This document shows positions 44,342-54,407 of a stretch of 63,106 nt of DNA, one piece after another; position 1 is the stretch's first letter, and every line of letters begins with the position of its first letter. The position numbers and the translations under genes are program-made. Below the pieces are notes generated by a model. That model was not told the DNA's origin, did not search any database, and was given only the letters and a program-made list of their open reading frames with translations. The DNA lies in assembly GCA_032128175.1 (NCBI GenBank), contig JAQBHC010000098.1, positions 1 through 63,106 of the forward strand, given 5' to 3'. This DNA is from Chloroflexota bacterium. GTDB lineage: Bacteria; Chloroflexota; Limnocylindria; Limnocylindrales; CSP1-4.

Positions 44342-45070
44342 ATGGATCGGATCGACGCCCTCATCGCCAGACTCGAACTCCCGATTCGTGACCGCGCGCT
44401 CATCGCGCAGGCGGTGACCCATGCCTCGTGGCTGCACGAGCATCCCGGCGAGGCTCCCGGCCACAACGAGCGACTCGAGTTTCTCGGGGATGCGGTCATC
44501 AGCCTGGCCGTCTCGGAGGCGCTGTTCAGGGCGCATCCCGACGACGATGAGGGTCTGCTCTCGTCGCGCCGGGCAGGCATCGTGAGCACGCCCGGCCTCG
44601 CCCGGATCGCGCTGCGACTCGGGCTCGGCGATGACCTCCTGCTCGGCGAGGGCGAGGCACTGCGTGGCGGGCGCGTCCGCCCTTCGCTTCTCGCCTCCGG
44701 ATTCGAAGCACTCGCGGGCGCCGTGTTCATCGACCTCGGTTGGCAAGCTGTTGACGCGTGGATCCGCGTCGTCGCGGAACCGGAACTCTCGGCTGATCCG
44801 GCATTGTCCGCCCTCAAGAGCGCCAAGAGTCGCCTCCAGGAACTCACCCAACGGACGGCCGGCAGCCGACCGGAGTATCGCGTTCTGGAAGCTGTGGGCC
44901 CGGAGCACGAGAAGGTGTTTCGCGTCGAGGTTGTCGTCGACGGCCGGGCGATCGGAACCGGCTCGGGCTCATCGCGGCGCGTTGCTGAAACGAGCGCGGC
45001 CGCGGAGGCACTCGACGCGCTGAGCCGGTCATCGGACGACTCGACCGGTTTGCCCGGTACGCCGGAATGA
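44342..45070 (+). CDS. rnc: ribonuclease III
   Basis: NERLEFLGDAV signature, C-terminal dsRBD (PEYRVLEAVGPEHEKVFRVEV). Confidence 0.93.
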   Translation: MDRIDALIARLELPIRDRALIAQAVTHASWLHEHPGEAPGHNERLEFLGDAVISLAVSEALFRAHPDDDEGLLSSRRAGIVSTPGLARIALRLGLGDDLLLGEGEALRGGRVRPSLLASGFEALAGAVFIDLGWQAVDAWIRVVAEPELSADPALSALKSAKSRLQELTQRTAGSRPEYRVLEAVGPEHEKVFRVEVVVDGRAIGTGSGSSRRVAETSAAAEALDALSRSSDDSTGLPGTPE

Positions 45071-48000
45071 GTGCCGCCGCACGCCTCCTGTCGGTCCGCC
45101 TGCAGGGCTTCAAGTCATTCGCCGAGCGTACGCAAGTGACGTTCGGGCCCGGGATCAGCGCGATCGTCGGACCGAACGGTTCGGGCAAGAGCAACCTGGC
45201 CGACGCGCTCCGTTGGGCGCTTGGCGAGCAGGGTCGGGCGCTGCGCTCCCGCAAGTCGGAGGATGTGATCTGGGCCGGTTCCGAGCGCCGGTCTGCGGTC
45301 GGCATGGCCGATGTCCAGCTCACACTCGACAACGGCGACGGGCTGCTGCCCGTCGCCTTCGAGGTCGTCGAACTCGGCCGGCGGCTGTATCGCTCGGGCG
45401 AGAACGAGTACCTGCTCAATCGGCAGCGCGTGCGCTTGCGAGACCTCGTCGATCTGCTTGACTCGGCGCACCTCGCTGAAAACGCGTTTCTGTTCATCGG
45501 ACAGGGCATGGTCGATCAGGCCCTCGCCCTGCGACCGGAGGAACGTCGGCCGCTCTTCGAGGAGGTCGCCGGCGTCCGCCGTCACGAGCGCCGGCGCCGG
45601 CGGGCTGAAGAGCAACTCGCGGAGTCGGAAGCCAACCTGGCGCGCGTCGAAGACGTCCTTGCAGAACTGCGCCCGCAAGTGCGGCGACTGGCGGCCCAGG
45701 CGGAGCAGGCGACCTCCCGGGTCTCGGCAGGAGAGGAGCTGCTGACGGCGTTGCTCGCGGGGGCGCATGCCCGCTGGCACGATGCCGCCACGCGAGTCGA
45801 ATCCGCGGCCGCCGGGCTGACAGCGGGGCGGGCCGCGGTCGACGCGGCGCTGTCGGAGTTGTCCGTGTTCGAGGTTGCCGGCTCGGCAGCCGCCGCGGCG
45901 CTGGATGAACGAGCGCGATCGCTCGTCGAGGTGCGTGCGCAAGCGGACCTGGCTCGAACCGCATTGACGGCAGCGCAACTCGAGGAGGGCCGGCACCTGT
46001 CCGAGGCTCACGCCCTCGCGAGGGATCGGGAGCGGAGCGAGCTCGAGCGTGCCGCTGCCGAAGCGGACCTTGCACAGCAGCGTCGCCATCTCGCCGAGCC
46101 GGTACCCGAGCGTGACCTCGAACTGGAAGCAGCCCTGACCGACGCTGAGCGCGACCTCTCGGGGGCCCTCTCGGAGCTGGCGGCTCTGCGGGCTGCCGAT
46201 AGCGCTCGTGATCAGGACGTGGCAGCCGTGCGTCGCGCTGCCGGAGCGCGCGAGGCGGAAGGCGAGCGGGCTCGGCGTCGCCTCATCGAGGCGGAACGCG
46301 AGGCCGGACTGGAAATCGTCCGGTCGGTGGAGCTGGACGAGCGCGTTGCCCAGGCGCAGGCCGAGCAAACGCGTGCGCACGAAGCACTGACCGCGAGTGC
46401 GACCGCTGAGTCAGAGGCCATCCAGGCGCGCGAGGCCGCCGCCATGGAATGGGAACGAGCGGCCGCGACCGCGACGACGGCTGCGGAACGAGTTGGTCTC
46501 GCCGCCTCGGCGCTGGCGGCCGCCCGAACCCGGCTCGAGTCTGCATCCGCGGCGATCGAGGACGATCGGGGCAGCGGTTTTGCAGCGCGGATGCGGGAGC
46601 GCGGAGCCCGGCGCCTGGACGACGGTCTGGTGGTAGACCGGGCGTTCAGCGCCGCGATCGATGGAGCCCTCGCCGGCGCGGGCCGAGCGTATTTGACGAC
46701 GCGCGATGGCTTGCGCGAACACGCCACCGAGCGCGGAATCGCGGTCGTCGTGGACGATCTGTTGAGCGGAGGCGCAGTGGTGCCGCCCGAGCGCGACGCC
46801 GACCTCGTCGCCGCCTTCGAGCGACGGGTGACCACTCTCGGCGGCGGCTTTCTGCGGGGCGCGATTCGACGGGATGGCCCAGGTGCCGCAGTCCGTCTGC
46901 TCGCGCGCGCCGTCTGGGTCCCTGACCTCGATGCCGCACTCGCCCTCCAGGTAGATCTGCCGGCCGGCTGGGTCGCCGTCGTTCGGGACGGGTCGGCCGT
47001 GGTCGGCGAGGTGACCGTTCGTCTGGGTGCTGTCCACGGCACGCTCGAACGCCGGGCCAACCACGAACAGGCGCTGGAGGCGGCACGCGGGCTGGAGCGG
47101 ACGGCGCAGGCCGCGACCGACGAGGCGGAGACCGCACGCGCGCTGGTGGCCAATGCCCGGCAGGCACTCGACGCGGCTCGAGGCGCTGAATCGGCCGCGC
47201 TCGGGGAGCGTCGCCGGGCGGAGGAAGCGGAGCGCCAGACGGCGCGTCACCTGGAGGCGCTGGTCAGGGAGGCTGCCTGGCAGAAGGCCCAGGTTCAGCG
47301 CCTGGAGGCCGACGCTGAACGAGCCCGAGCGGCAATTCCCGAACCGACGCGCGCGTCGGCGCCGGCGGTAGACCAGAGTGAGCGCGAAGCGATCAGGACC
47401 TGGGAGACGCGGGCGAACGAGCTTCGAGCGAGGCGAGATCGCCTTGCGCAGCAGCTCGTCCAAGTGGACGCGGCTCGGCGGCACGCCGAGCGGCGGCGCG
47501 CAGCGGCGGAGGCGGCCGGGACTCTGGACGAGTCGCGTATTGCCGCCGTCGACTTCGGAGCGGCGGCCCTCGCTGAGCGAGAACGTACCCTGGGCGCGGA
47601 GGCGGATCTGCTTGTCAAGCGCCTGGCTGAGGCGCGGGTCCGCGCAGCGGAGGCCGGGGCGACGGTGGCGGCGCTGGTTGCCGCCGACGCGGACGAGCGA
47701 TCGCGACTCGGTGCCGCCGAGCGGGCTTCGGCGACCGCCCGGGAACGACTCCGCACGGCCGAGGAATCGTCGCGGGCGTCAGAGCGCCGGGATCTGGAGG
47801 CGCGCCTCGGCCTCGAGGGCCTGCGCGAGCAGCTCCTGGTCGAGATGGCCGGCCTGATGCCGATGAGCCTCGTTCGCCTCGTCGAGGTCTCGTCGGAGGA
47901 TCAGTCGACCCCTTCCACGAAGGCCGGTGGACGAGATCGAGAAGCCACGTCCCCGACCACGGAAGCGACCGAGGCGTCAGATGAGGATCATGCGGAGGCG

Positions 48001-48768
48001 TTGGCCGATGCCCTGGGCGCGGCCGGCGGGCGCTGGGCGAGTTCTGCACGCGGCGTCGACGCCCCGAGCGCCGGCCGGCTGGCAGGTCTTCGGCGCCGGT
48101 ATCACGAGCTCGGAGCCCCCAACCCCTACGCGGTCCAGGAGCACGCGGCCGTGCGCGCCCGGTCGGACGACATGGAGTTCCAGCACCGGGACCTGCGCCA
48201 GGCGATCGACCAGACGCGGGCATTGATCGCCGAGCTCGAGACCATGATCTCGGAGCAGTTCCGTTCGACGTTCGCGGCATTGGAGACCCGCTTCGATGCG
48301 CGGTTCCAGCAGCTCTTCGGCGGCGGCTTCGCGAGGCTCTCCCTCACCGACCCGGCCGATCTGGCCTCAACCGGGATCGACATCGTCGCCCGGCCACCCG
48401 GCAAGAAGCCACAGGCACTGGCGATGCTCTCGGGCGGTGAGCGATCCCTCACTGCGGTCGCTCTGCTGTTCGCCATGCTGGAGGTGCGACCGGTACCGTT
48501 CTGTGTCCTTGATGAGGTCGACGCCGCGCTGGACGAGGCAAACGTCGGCCGGTTCACCGAGGCTTTGACGGAGCTGGCGGAAACGACGCAGTTCATCGTC
48601 ATCACCCACAACCGAGGCACGATCGAGATCGCCGATGCCCTGTATGGCGTGACGGTCGGCGACGACTCGGTCTCGCGCGTGATCAGCCTTCGGCTGGATG
48701 AGGCGACGGAACTCGCCGATCAGAGCCGCGGCGCGGTCGCGGTGGGGCCCGGCCAAGGTCCGGCCTGA
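45067..48768 (+). CDS. smc: chromosome segregation protein SMC
   Basis: GPNGSGKSN Walker A, long Ala/Arg/Glu coiled coils with a central hinge, LSGGERSLTAVALLFA signature, VLDEVDAALD Walker B, 1233 aa. Confidence 0.95.
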   Translation: MSAAARLLSVRLQGFKSFAERTQVTFGPGISAIVGPNGSGKSNLADALRWALGEQGRALRSRKSEDVIWAGSERRSAVGMADVQLTLDNGDGLLPVAFEVVELGRRLYRSGENEYLLNRQRVRLRDLVDLLDSAHLAENAFLFIGQGMVDQALALRPEERRPLFEEVAGVRRHERRRRRAEEQLAESEANLARVEDVLAELRPQVRRLAAQAEQATSRVSAGEELLTALLAGAHARWHDAATRVESAAAGLTAGRAAVDAALSELSVFEVAGSAAAAALDERARSLVEVRAQADLARTALTAAQLEEGRHLSEAHALARDRERSELERAAAEADLAQQRRHLAEPVPERDLELEAALTDAERDLSGALSELAALRAADSARDQDVAAVRRAAGAREAEGERARRRLIEAEREAGLEIVRSVELDERVAQAQAEQTRAHEALTASATAESEAIQAREAAAMEWERAAATATTAAERVGLAASALAAARTRLESASAAIEDDRGSGFAARMRERGARRLDDGLVVDRAFSAAIDGALAGAGRAYLTTRDGLREHATERGIAVVVDDLLSGGAVVPPERDADLVAAFERRVTTLGGGFLRGAIRRDGPGAAVRLLARAVWVPDLDAALALQVDLPAGWVAVVRDGSAVVGEVTVRLGAVHGTLERRANHEQALEAARGLERTAQAATDEAETARALVANARQALDAARGAESAALGERRRAEEAERQTARHLEALVREAAWQKAQVQRLEADAERARAAIPEPTRASAPAVDQSEREAIRTWETRANELRARRDRLAQQLVQVDAARRHAERRRAAAEAAGTLDESRIAAVDFGAAALAERERTLGAEADLLVKRLAEARVRAAEAGATVAALVAADADERSRLGAAERASATARERLRTAEESSRASERRDLEARLGLEGLREQLLVEMAGLMPMSLVRLVEVSSEDQSTPSTKAGGRDREATSPTTEATEASDEDHAEALADALGAAGGRWASSARGVDAPSAGRLAGLRRRYHELGAPNPYAVQEHAAVRARSDDMEFQHRDLRQAIDQTRALIAELETMISEQFRSTFAALETRFDARFQQLFGGGFARLSLTDPADLASTGIDIVARPPGKKPQALAMLSGGERSLTAVALLFAMLEVRPVPFCVLDEVDAALDEANVGRFTEALTELAETTQFIVITHNRGTIEIADALYGVTVGDDSVSRVISLRLDEATELADQSRGAVAVGPGQGPA

Positions 48769-48771
48769 CGT

Positions 48772-48843
48772 GGGTGACCCGGAGGAGCCGAACGCGGTAG
48801 CTGACATGGGTGACCCGGACGAGCCGAACGCGGTAGCCAACAT
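48772..48843 (+). repeat. 36-nt tandem duplication (33/36 identical) at the smc/ftsY junction, each copy ending in ...CAT before a G (recreating an in-frame ATG)
   Basis: GGGTGACCCGGAGGAGCCGAACGCGGTAGCTGACAT / GGGTGACCCGGACGAGCCGAACGCGGTAGCCAACAT. In the ftsY frame these encode GDPEEPNAVADM / GDPDEPNAVANM. Confidence 0.9.
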
Positions 48844-49735
48844 GGAGACGGGCCTGGCGCGCTCCCGCGGCGGATTCATGTCGAGACTCCGCGGATTCCT
48901 CGGCGGCTCGGCGTTCGCCGATGACGATTGGGAGGAGGCGGAGGACGCCTTGATTGCCGGCGACATCGGCGCCGGCCTCGCCGCCCGCATCGTGGCGACG
49001 GCTCGTGGGCGTCGCGACGCGACCACCCCCGGCATCGCGATCAGGGACGCGCTGGCGGGACTCCTGGCTCCACGCGATCCCAACTGGGACCTCCGGGCCG
49101 CGGCCTCCGGTCATCCGGCAATCATCCTCGTGGTCGGCGTGAACGGAACCGGCAAGACGACGACGATCGGCAAGCTAGCCGTGCTCGAGACGGACGCTGG
49201 GCAGCGAGTCGTGCTCGCTGCAGCCGACACGTTCCGGGCTGCAGCGCTGGAGCAACTGCGTGCCTGGGCCGACCGATCCGGTGCCGACCTCGTCGGGCAC
49301 GCTCCGGGCGCCGATCCCGGCGCCGTCGTGTTCGACGCGATCGACGCTGGAGTGGCACGTGGCGCCGACCTCGTGATCATCGATACGGCTGGCCGATTAC
49401 ATACGAAGTCGAGCCTGATGGACGAGCTTTCGAAGATCCGACGGGTCATCGACCGGCGTCTCCCCGGAGCACAGCCCGAAACGTTCTTCGTGCTCGACGC
49501 GACGAGCGGCCAGAACGGTCTGAGCCAGGCGCTCGCGTTCAATGCTGCGGTGGGACTGACGGGGATCGTGCTCACGAAGCTCGATTCGACCGCTCGCGGC
49601 GGGATCGTGTTCGCGATCGAGGACCAGCTCGGCGTCCCGGTCCGGTTCGTCGGCGTTGGCGAGGGCCCCCGTGACCTCATCCCGTTCGATCCCGATACGT
49701 TCATCGCCTCGCTCTACGGGTCGCCCGAGGGGTGA
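48842..49735 (+). CDS. ftsY: signal recognition particle receptor FtsY
   Basis: GVNGTGKTTTIGKL, DTAGRLH, TKLDSTARGG. Start set at METGLARSRGGFMSRLRGFLGG. In-frame GTG 48770 and ATG 48806 are alternatives. Confidence 0.9.
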   Translation: METGLARSRGGFMSRLRGFLGGSAFADDDWEEAEDALIAGDIGAGLAARIVATARGRRDATTPGIAIRDALAGLLAPRDPNWDLRAAASGHPAIILVVGVNGTGKTTTIGKLAVLETDAGQRVVLAAADTFRAAALEQLRAWADRSGADLVGHAPGADPGAVVFDAIDAGVARGADLVIIDTAGRLHTKSSLMDELSKIRRVIDRRLPGAQPETFFVLDATSGQNGLSQALAFNAAVGLTGIVLTKLDSTARGGIVFAIEDQLGVPVRFVGVGEGPRDLIPFDPDTFIASLYGSPEG

Positions 49736-50646
49736 CCGGCCGGAGGCCCCTTCGCGGCATGCTCGCCTGGATCGTGGCGGTGGCAGTCGTCCTCGGCGGG
49801 TGCAGCGCGGACGAGACATTCGCGCCTACCGTGGCACCCACGCTCGCTCCATTGCCGACCCCAGCCACCACGACGTATGCGCTGCGTACGACCGGGTGGT
49901 ATGCCGGCCTCGTCATTCACCTCGACGACGCGGTCTCCGTGATCGATGAGAGCGGTGGCGTGGTGGCCGTCCAATTCCGGTTCGAGAATCCAGGCGATGA
50001 CCCGCTCAGTCTGGACGCGCCGCTGAGCCTGGTCTCGGGGGCCCGATCTGTCGGGCCGGTTCGCGGGACGGAGGTCCCCGCCGTGCCTGCGGGGACCTCC
50101 GTCGGGGTGACCGTCGAGTTCGACGTCGACGGCACATTCGACCTCGCCGTCGCCGCTGTCCGGATCGGACGATCCGATGAACACGCCGTGGTCGTTCCGC
50201 TCATCGCGGGTAGCCAGGACGCGGTGACGCTGGAGCCGGTAGCGGTCGACCTCGCCGGGTCTGCGACGGTCGGTTCGCTGACGGTTCGACTCAGCGGCGC
50301 CGTTCTTCGCGCCGACTTGCCGGACTGGGGCCTGGAAGTGACGCTCGAGCGCCTGGCCTTGACCGTGTCGTACTCGGCCCAATACCGCGGCACGTTTGGG
50401 GGCGGTTTTGCGTTTACCGGGGATCAGATCGGGCTCAGGCTACCGGACGGAACGATCATTGCGGCCCGGGAGGACGGTCATAGCCAGTCGATCGTCCTCC
50501 TGAAGCCGGGTGCGGCGGTGCCGGGCCTCAGCTCCAGGTTCGAGGTTCCGCTGCCGGGAACCGGGTCGTATGCGCTGATCATCCGCGACGGCAAGCTCAG
50601 TGTGCCCCTGGCCTTCCAGATCGAGGAGTCGGTCCCCGGCGGGTGA
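49732..50646 (+). CDS. hypothetical lipoprotein, two beta-rich repeats (possibly DUF4352-like)
   Basis: Lipobox VVLGGC at residues 20-24. GTGA overlap with the ftsY stop. Beta-strand-like alternating pattern. Family assignment is tentative. Confidence 0.6.
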   Translation: MTGRRPLRGMLAWIVAVAVVLGGCSADETFAPTVAPTLAPLPTPATTTYALRTTGWYAGLVIHLDDAVSVIDESGGVVAVQFRFENPGDDPLSLDAPLSLVSGARSVGPVRGTEVPAVPAGTSVGVTVEFDVDGTFDLAVAAVRIGRSDEHAVVVPLIAGSQDAVTLEPVAVDLAGSATVGSLTVRLSGAVLRADLPDWGLEVTLERLALTVSYSAQYRGTFGGGFAFTGDQIGLRLPDGTIIAAREDGHSQSIVLLKPGAAVPGLSSRFEVPLPGTGSYALIIRDGKLSVPLAFQIEESVPGG

Positions 50647-50651
50647 TGCGC

Positions 50652-50657
50652 TACACT
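50652..50657 (+). promoter_or_regulatory. putative -10 (TACACT, context GCGCTACACTCGGGCC) for ffh
   Basis: Matches the recurrent motif, about 95 nt upstream of GTG 50752. Confidence 0.35.
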
Positions 50658-50751
50658 CGGGCCACCCCGGTGTCGCCAGAACCCGCGCACCATCCGGCCC
50701 GCCCGAGGCGCGGCGCCGGCACCGAGTTCGATCAGGAGACCCAGCTAACTC

Positions 50752-52080
50752 GTGTTTGATGCCCTGAGCGACCGTCTGCGTCAGACGCTCGCGACGCTGA
50801 CCGGCCGTGGTCGGATTTCGGAAGCCGACGTCGATGTAGCAATGCGCGCGATCCGACTCTCGCTCCTTGAGGCCGATGTCAACTTCCGAGTTGTCAAGGA
50901 CTTCGTCGCGCGTGTTCGAGAACAGGCGGTGGGCGCCGAAATCCTCGCCAGTCTGAGCGCTGGCCATCAAGTCGTGAAGATCGTCCACGACGAGTTGGTG
51001 GCCCTCCTCGGCGTCGGCCAGGCCCCCCTTCGACTTCAGGGCAATCCGGCCGTGATCGTCCTCGTGGGTCTGCAGGGTTCCGGCAAGACGACCTCAGCGG
51101 CAAAGCTGGCGCGGCACATCGTCAAGCAGGGGCGACGCCCGCTCCTCGTCGCTGCCGACCCGTACCGCCCGGCCGCCGCAGATCAGCTCGAGGCCCTTGG
51201 TCGCGCCCTCGACATTCCGGTCCACCGGGCTCCGAGCGGAACGTCCGTAGTGGACATCGCGATCGGCGGACTCGAGGCCGCCCGCCAGCAGATCCGCGAT
51301 ACCGTGATCATCGATACCGCGGGCCGGCTCACGATCGACGATGCGCTGATGGCCGAGATCGCGGCCGTCAACAAGGCGGTCCGCCCGATTGAGACGCTGC
51401 TCGTGGTGGATGCCATGACGGGCCAGGAGGCGGTCACCGTGGCGCAGGGTTTTGCGGCCGCGGTCCCGGTGAGTGGGCTCATCCTGACAAAGACCGACGG
51501 CGACGCACGCGGCGGAGCGGCTCTGTCGATTGCCTCCGTGAGCGGAATTCCCGTCAAGTTCCTTGGAACCGGCGAGAAGTCCGATGCGCTGGAGGTCTTC
51601 CACGCAGATCGACTGGCTGGCCGGATCCTCGGAATGGGCGACGTGCTGACGCTGGTGGAACGCGCCGAGGAGGTCGTCGACCTGAAGCAGGCCCAGATGC
51701 TCGAGGCGAAGATCCGTAAGTCCGAATTCACGCTGGACGACATGCTCGAGCAGCTCCAGCAGGTCCAGAAGATGGGTCCAATTGGGCAGATCATGTCGAT
51801 GATCCCGGGAATGGGCGGCATGGCCAAGGAGGCCGAGGCGGCCGTGGATCGCGGGGAGATCCGGCGGACGGAGGCGATCATTCGGTCCATGACGCTGCGC
51901 GAGCGTCGGGATCCGGGCGTGCTCAACGCGTCTCGCCGCCGGCGCATTGCGACCGGCTCGGGGACGACGCTTCCTGACGTGAATCGCCTGGTCAAGCAGT
52001 TCGCCGAGATGCAGAAGATGATGAAGCAACTGTCCGGCATGCAGCGCAAGGGCGTCCCCGGCGCCGTGGTTCGGAGGTAG
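50752..52080 (+). CDS. ffh: signal recognition particle protein Ffh
   Basis: GLQGSGKTTSAAKL, DTAGRL, TKTDGDARGGAALS, Met-rich M domain (MGPIGQIMSMIPGMGGM). Confidence 0.95.
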   Translation: MFDALSDRLRQTLATLTGRGRISEADVDVAMRAIRLSLLEADVNFRVVKDFVARVREQAVGAEILASLSAGHQVVKIVHDELVALLGVGQAPLRLQGNPAVIVLVGLQGSGKTTSAAKLARHIVKQGRRPLLVAADPYRPAAADQLEALGRALDIPVHRAPSGTSVVDIAIGGLEAARQQIRDTVIIDTAGRLTIDDALMAEIAAVNKAVRPIETLLVVDAMTGQEAVTVAQGFAAAVPVSGLILTKTDGDARGGAALSIASVSGIPVKFLGTGEKSDALEVFHADRLAGRILGMGDVLTLVERAEEVVDLKQAQMLEAKIRKSEFTLDDMLEQLQQVQKMGPIGQIMSMIPGMGGMAKEAEAAVDRGEIRRTEAIIRSMTLRERRDPGVLNASRRRRIATGSGTTLPDVNRLVKQFAEMQKMMKQLSGMQRKGVPGAVVRR

Positions 52081-52082
52081 GC

Positions 52083-53861
52083 GTGGACCAGCTCGAACCT
52101 CGACCTGACGACGGCCTCTCGGGATCCCCGGAGGTGGCACCCGGCACGGTCGTCACGGTCCCGCCAGATGTATCGCCCGCCGCGGCTCGATCCAGCCGGC
52201 GCCGCTGGGTTGTTGCCGGCGCTGTCACCGCCCTGGTAGCTGCCGCCACGGTTGCCGCAGCCCTCATCCTCGGCGCCAAGCCGTTGCCCGAGGCATATCG
52301 GTACCTTCCCGCCGAGCGAGCGGCTGTGGTGCTGGAACTTCGACTCGATCTGCCTGGCGATCAGCGCCAGCAGCTCGGCAACTTCCTGGCCCACTTCCCG
52401 GGATTCGCCGATCAGTCGACCCTGACCACGAAGATCGATGACACGCTCGAGGGCCTCATCGACACGGTCTCCAATGGAACCGTCGATTTCGCGACCGGGA
52501 TCAGGCCCCTCCTGGCGGGCCCGACGGTGGCCGCCTTCGCGCCCGATGCGCTGTCGACCATGGGGACGGACGCGAACTCCCACGTTGGGGGCCTGGTCGT
52601 GGCCACCACCGACGGCAGCCTGACCTGCGACATGGTGATCGGATCCTCGATCGCGCGGGAGACGCATCGGGGAGTGGCGATCCAGACACTTCAGGATGAC
52701 GTCGTCTGCGCTGTCGACGGCCCGTTCCTGCTGTTTGGAGGGATTGCCGACGTCCGGGCCGGGATCGACGCCCATCTCGATCACACGGGGATAGATACCA
52801 ACGAGGTGTTCAAAGCGGCGCGTAACGGGTTGTCGGGCGACCAGCTCGCGCTGGTCTACGTCGACGGCAAGAAGCTCGCCGAGATGATCCGATCAAGGGT
52901 CCCCTGGCTGGGCACGGTTCAAGCGCTCGCATTCGACCTCCCCGACTGGCTGATCGTGGGTTTCCGCGCCGCGGGCGACGCGCTCCAGATGGAGGTGCAC
53001 AGCCCGCCCCGGCCGGAGGCGCAGCTGGGGGCTTCGGTGCCCACGGGTCCGCCGCCGTCTTCGAGCCAGTTTGGCGAGTTGCTGCCGGCTGACGCCCTTG
53101 GATTCGTGGAGGCCCACGGCGTGGGCGTACACCTCCAACGGGTGCTCGCGCGGCTCGAGATTGATCCTGAGCAGGCAGCTGTCGTCGCTCAGATTGAAGG
53201 GCTGCTGGCCGCCGTAGGTGGCGTCGAGAACGCGACCGGCTGGATTGCGGACGTTGGCGTTGCGGCGATCCCGAGCGCGGATGATGCTGGCGTCATTCTG
53301 TTGCTCAGCGGGCCCGACCCGGAAACCGTCGCGAACCGGCTCATCCAGCTCCACAATCTGCTGGTCCTGGCGTCCATCGGAACTGATGTCACGGTCGTGG
53401 ACACGGAGCACGACGGCGTCACGATCTCAAAGGTGGATCTCGGCGATCTCAAGGCGCTGCTCTCGGGGCTCGGCCTCGATCCGGGCATCCTCGGTTCAGG
53501 CGCCCTCGATTCGGTACCGCGCGTGTCGTTCTCGCTGGCAGCCCGAGGTAACGTGCTCATGGTCGGGATCGGCGACGGTGTCGTCGAGCGGGTTCTCGAC
53601 ACGACCGCTTCGTCGAGCCTGGCGTCCACGCCCGCTTACAAACGGGCGTTGGAGCTCGTGGGGAGCCCGAACGATCTCGAGGCATACGTGGCCATTGATA
53701 ACGCGCTCGCGTGGGCAGAAACGGGCATGTCCCTTGATGGGGGAGCCATGGGTTCGATCCAGGACCTCAAGCCCTACCTCGCGCATCTCGCCGCATTTGG
53801 CGGGGCAACCACTTCCAACAGCACGGGCGGCCGAAGTCGCTTCGTGATTACCGTCAAGTAA
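52083..53861 (+). CDS. N-terminally membrane-anchored hypothetical protein (possibly DUF3352 family)
   Basis: Single TM segment ([22 protein letters not shown]), then a large extracytoplasmic domain beginning [41 protein letters not shown]. Starts 2 nt after the ffh stop. The DUF3352 call is from memory only. Confidence 0.6.
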   Translation: MDQLEPRPDDGLSGSPEVAPGTVVTVPPDVSPAAARSSRRRWVVAGAVTALVAAATVAAALILGAKPLPEAYRYLPAERAAVVLELRLDLPGDQRQQLGNFLAHFPGFADQSTLTTKIDDTLEGLIDTVSNGTVDFATGIRPLLAGPTVAAFAPDALSTMGTDANSHVGGLVVATTDGSLTCDMVIGSSIARETHRGVAIQTLQDDVVCAVDGPFLLFGGIADVRAGIDAHLDHTGIDTNEVFKAARNGLSGDQLALVYVDGKKLAEMIRSRVPWLGTVQALAFDLPDWLIVGFRAAGDALQMEVHSPPRPEAQLGASVPTGPPPSSSQFGELLPADALGFVEAHGVGVHLQRVLARLEIDPEQAAVVAQIEGLLAAVGGVENATGWIADVGVAAIPSADDAGVILLLSGPDPETVANRLIQLHNLLVLASIGTDVTVVDTEHDGVTISKVDLGDLKALLSGLGLDPGILGSGALDSVPRVSFSLAARGNVLMVGIGDGVVERVLDTTASSSLASTPAYKRALELVGSPNDLEAYVAIDNALAWAETGMSLDGGAMGSIQDLKPYLAHLAAFGGATTSNSTGGRSRFVITVK

Positions 53862-53908
53862 GCTACCGGGCCGGCAATGACCCGGATCATCAGGAGGACC
53901 TGCCAGAC

Positions 53909-54163
53909 ATGGCCGTACGAATTCGACTGACGCGCGTCGGTGCCAAGAAGCAGCCGTCGTATCGCGTGGTCGTCGCCGATTCCCGCGACGCGCGTGACAG
54001 CCGCTCGATCGAGACGATCGGGCACTACAACCCACTCGTCGAGCCCGCCGAGATCGTGATCGACGCCGAGAAGGCCAAGGCATGGCTTGCCAAGGGCGCC
54101 CAGCCGTCGGACACCGTAGCCCGGCTGCTTCGTTCGGCCGGCATCGTGACGTCAGGAAAGTAG
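53909..54163 (+). CDS. rpsP: 30S ribosomal protein S16
   Basis: [42 protein letters not shown]. Confidence 0.95.
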   Translation: MAVRIRLTRVGAKKQPSYRVVVADSRDARDSRSIETIGHYNPLVEPAEIVIDAEKAKAWLAKGAQPSDTVARLLRSAGIVTSGK

Positions 54164-54170
54164 GATCAAC

Positions 54171-54407
54171 ATGGCAGGTCGCGAACTCGTTGAATACGTC
54201 GCGAAAACGCTTGTCGACAACCCCGCGTCCGTTGTGGTGACCGAGGTCCATGATGCCGATGGCACCGTGATCGAACTCCAGGTCGCGGAGGAGGACATGG
54301 GCAAGGTCATCGGTCGCAATGGAAGCGTCGCCAAGGCGCTTCGAACGCTGCTCAAGGTCACGGCCGCGCGCGATGGCGGATCGGCATCCCTGGAGATCCT
54401 CTCCTGA
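54171..54407 (+). CDS. KH-domain RNA-binding protein (YlqC/UPF0109)
   Basis: EEDMGKVIGRNGSVAKALRTLL (GxxG KH motif). Conserved rpsP-KH-rimM order. Confidence 0.9.
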   Translation: MAGRELVEYVAKTLVDNPASVVVTEVHDADGTVIELQVAEEDMGKVIGRNGSVAKALRTLLKVTAARDGGSASLEILS

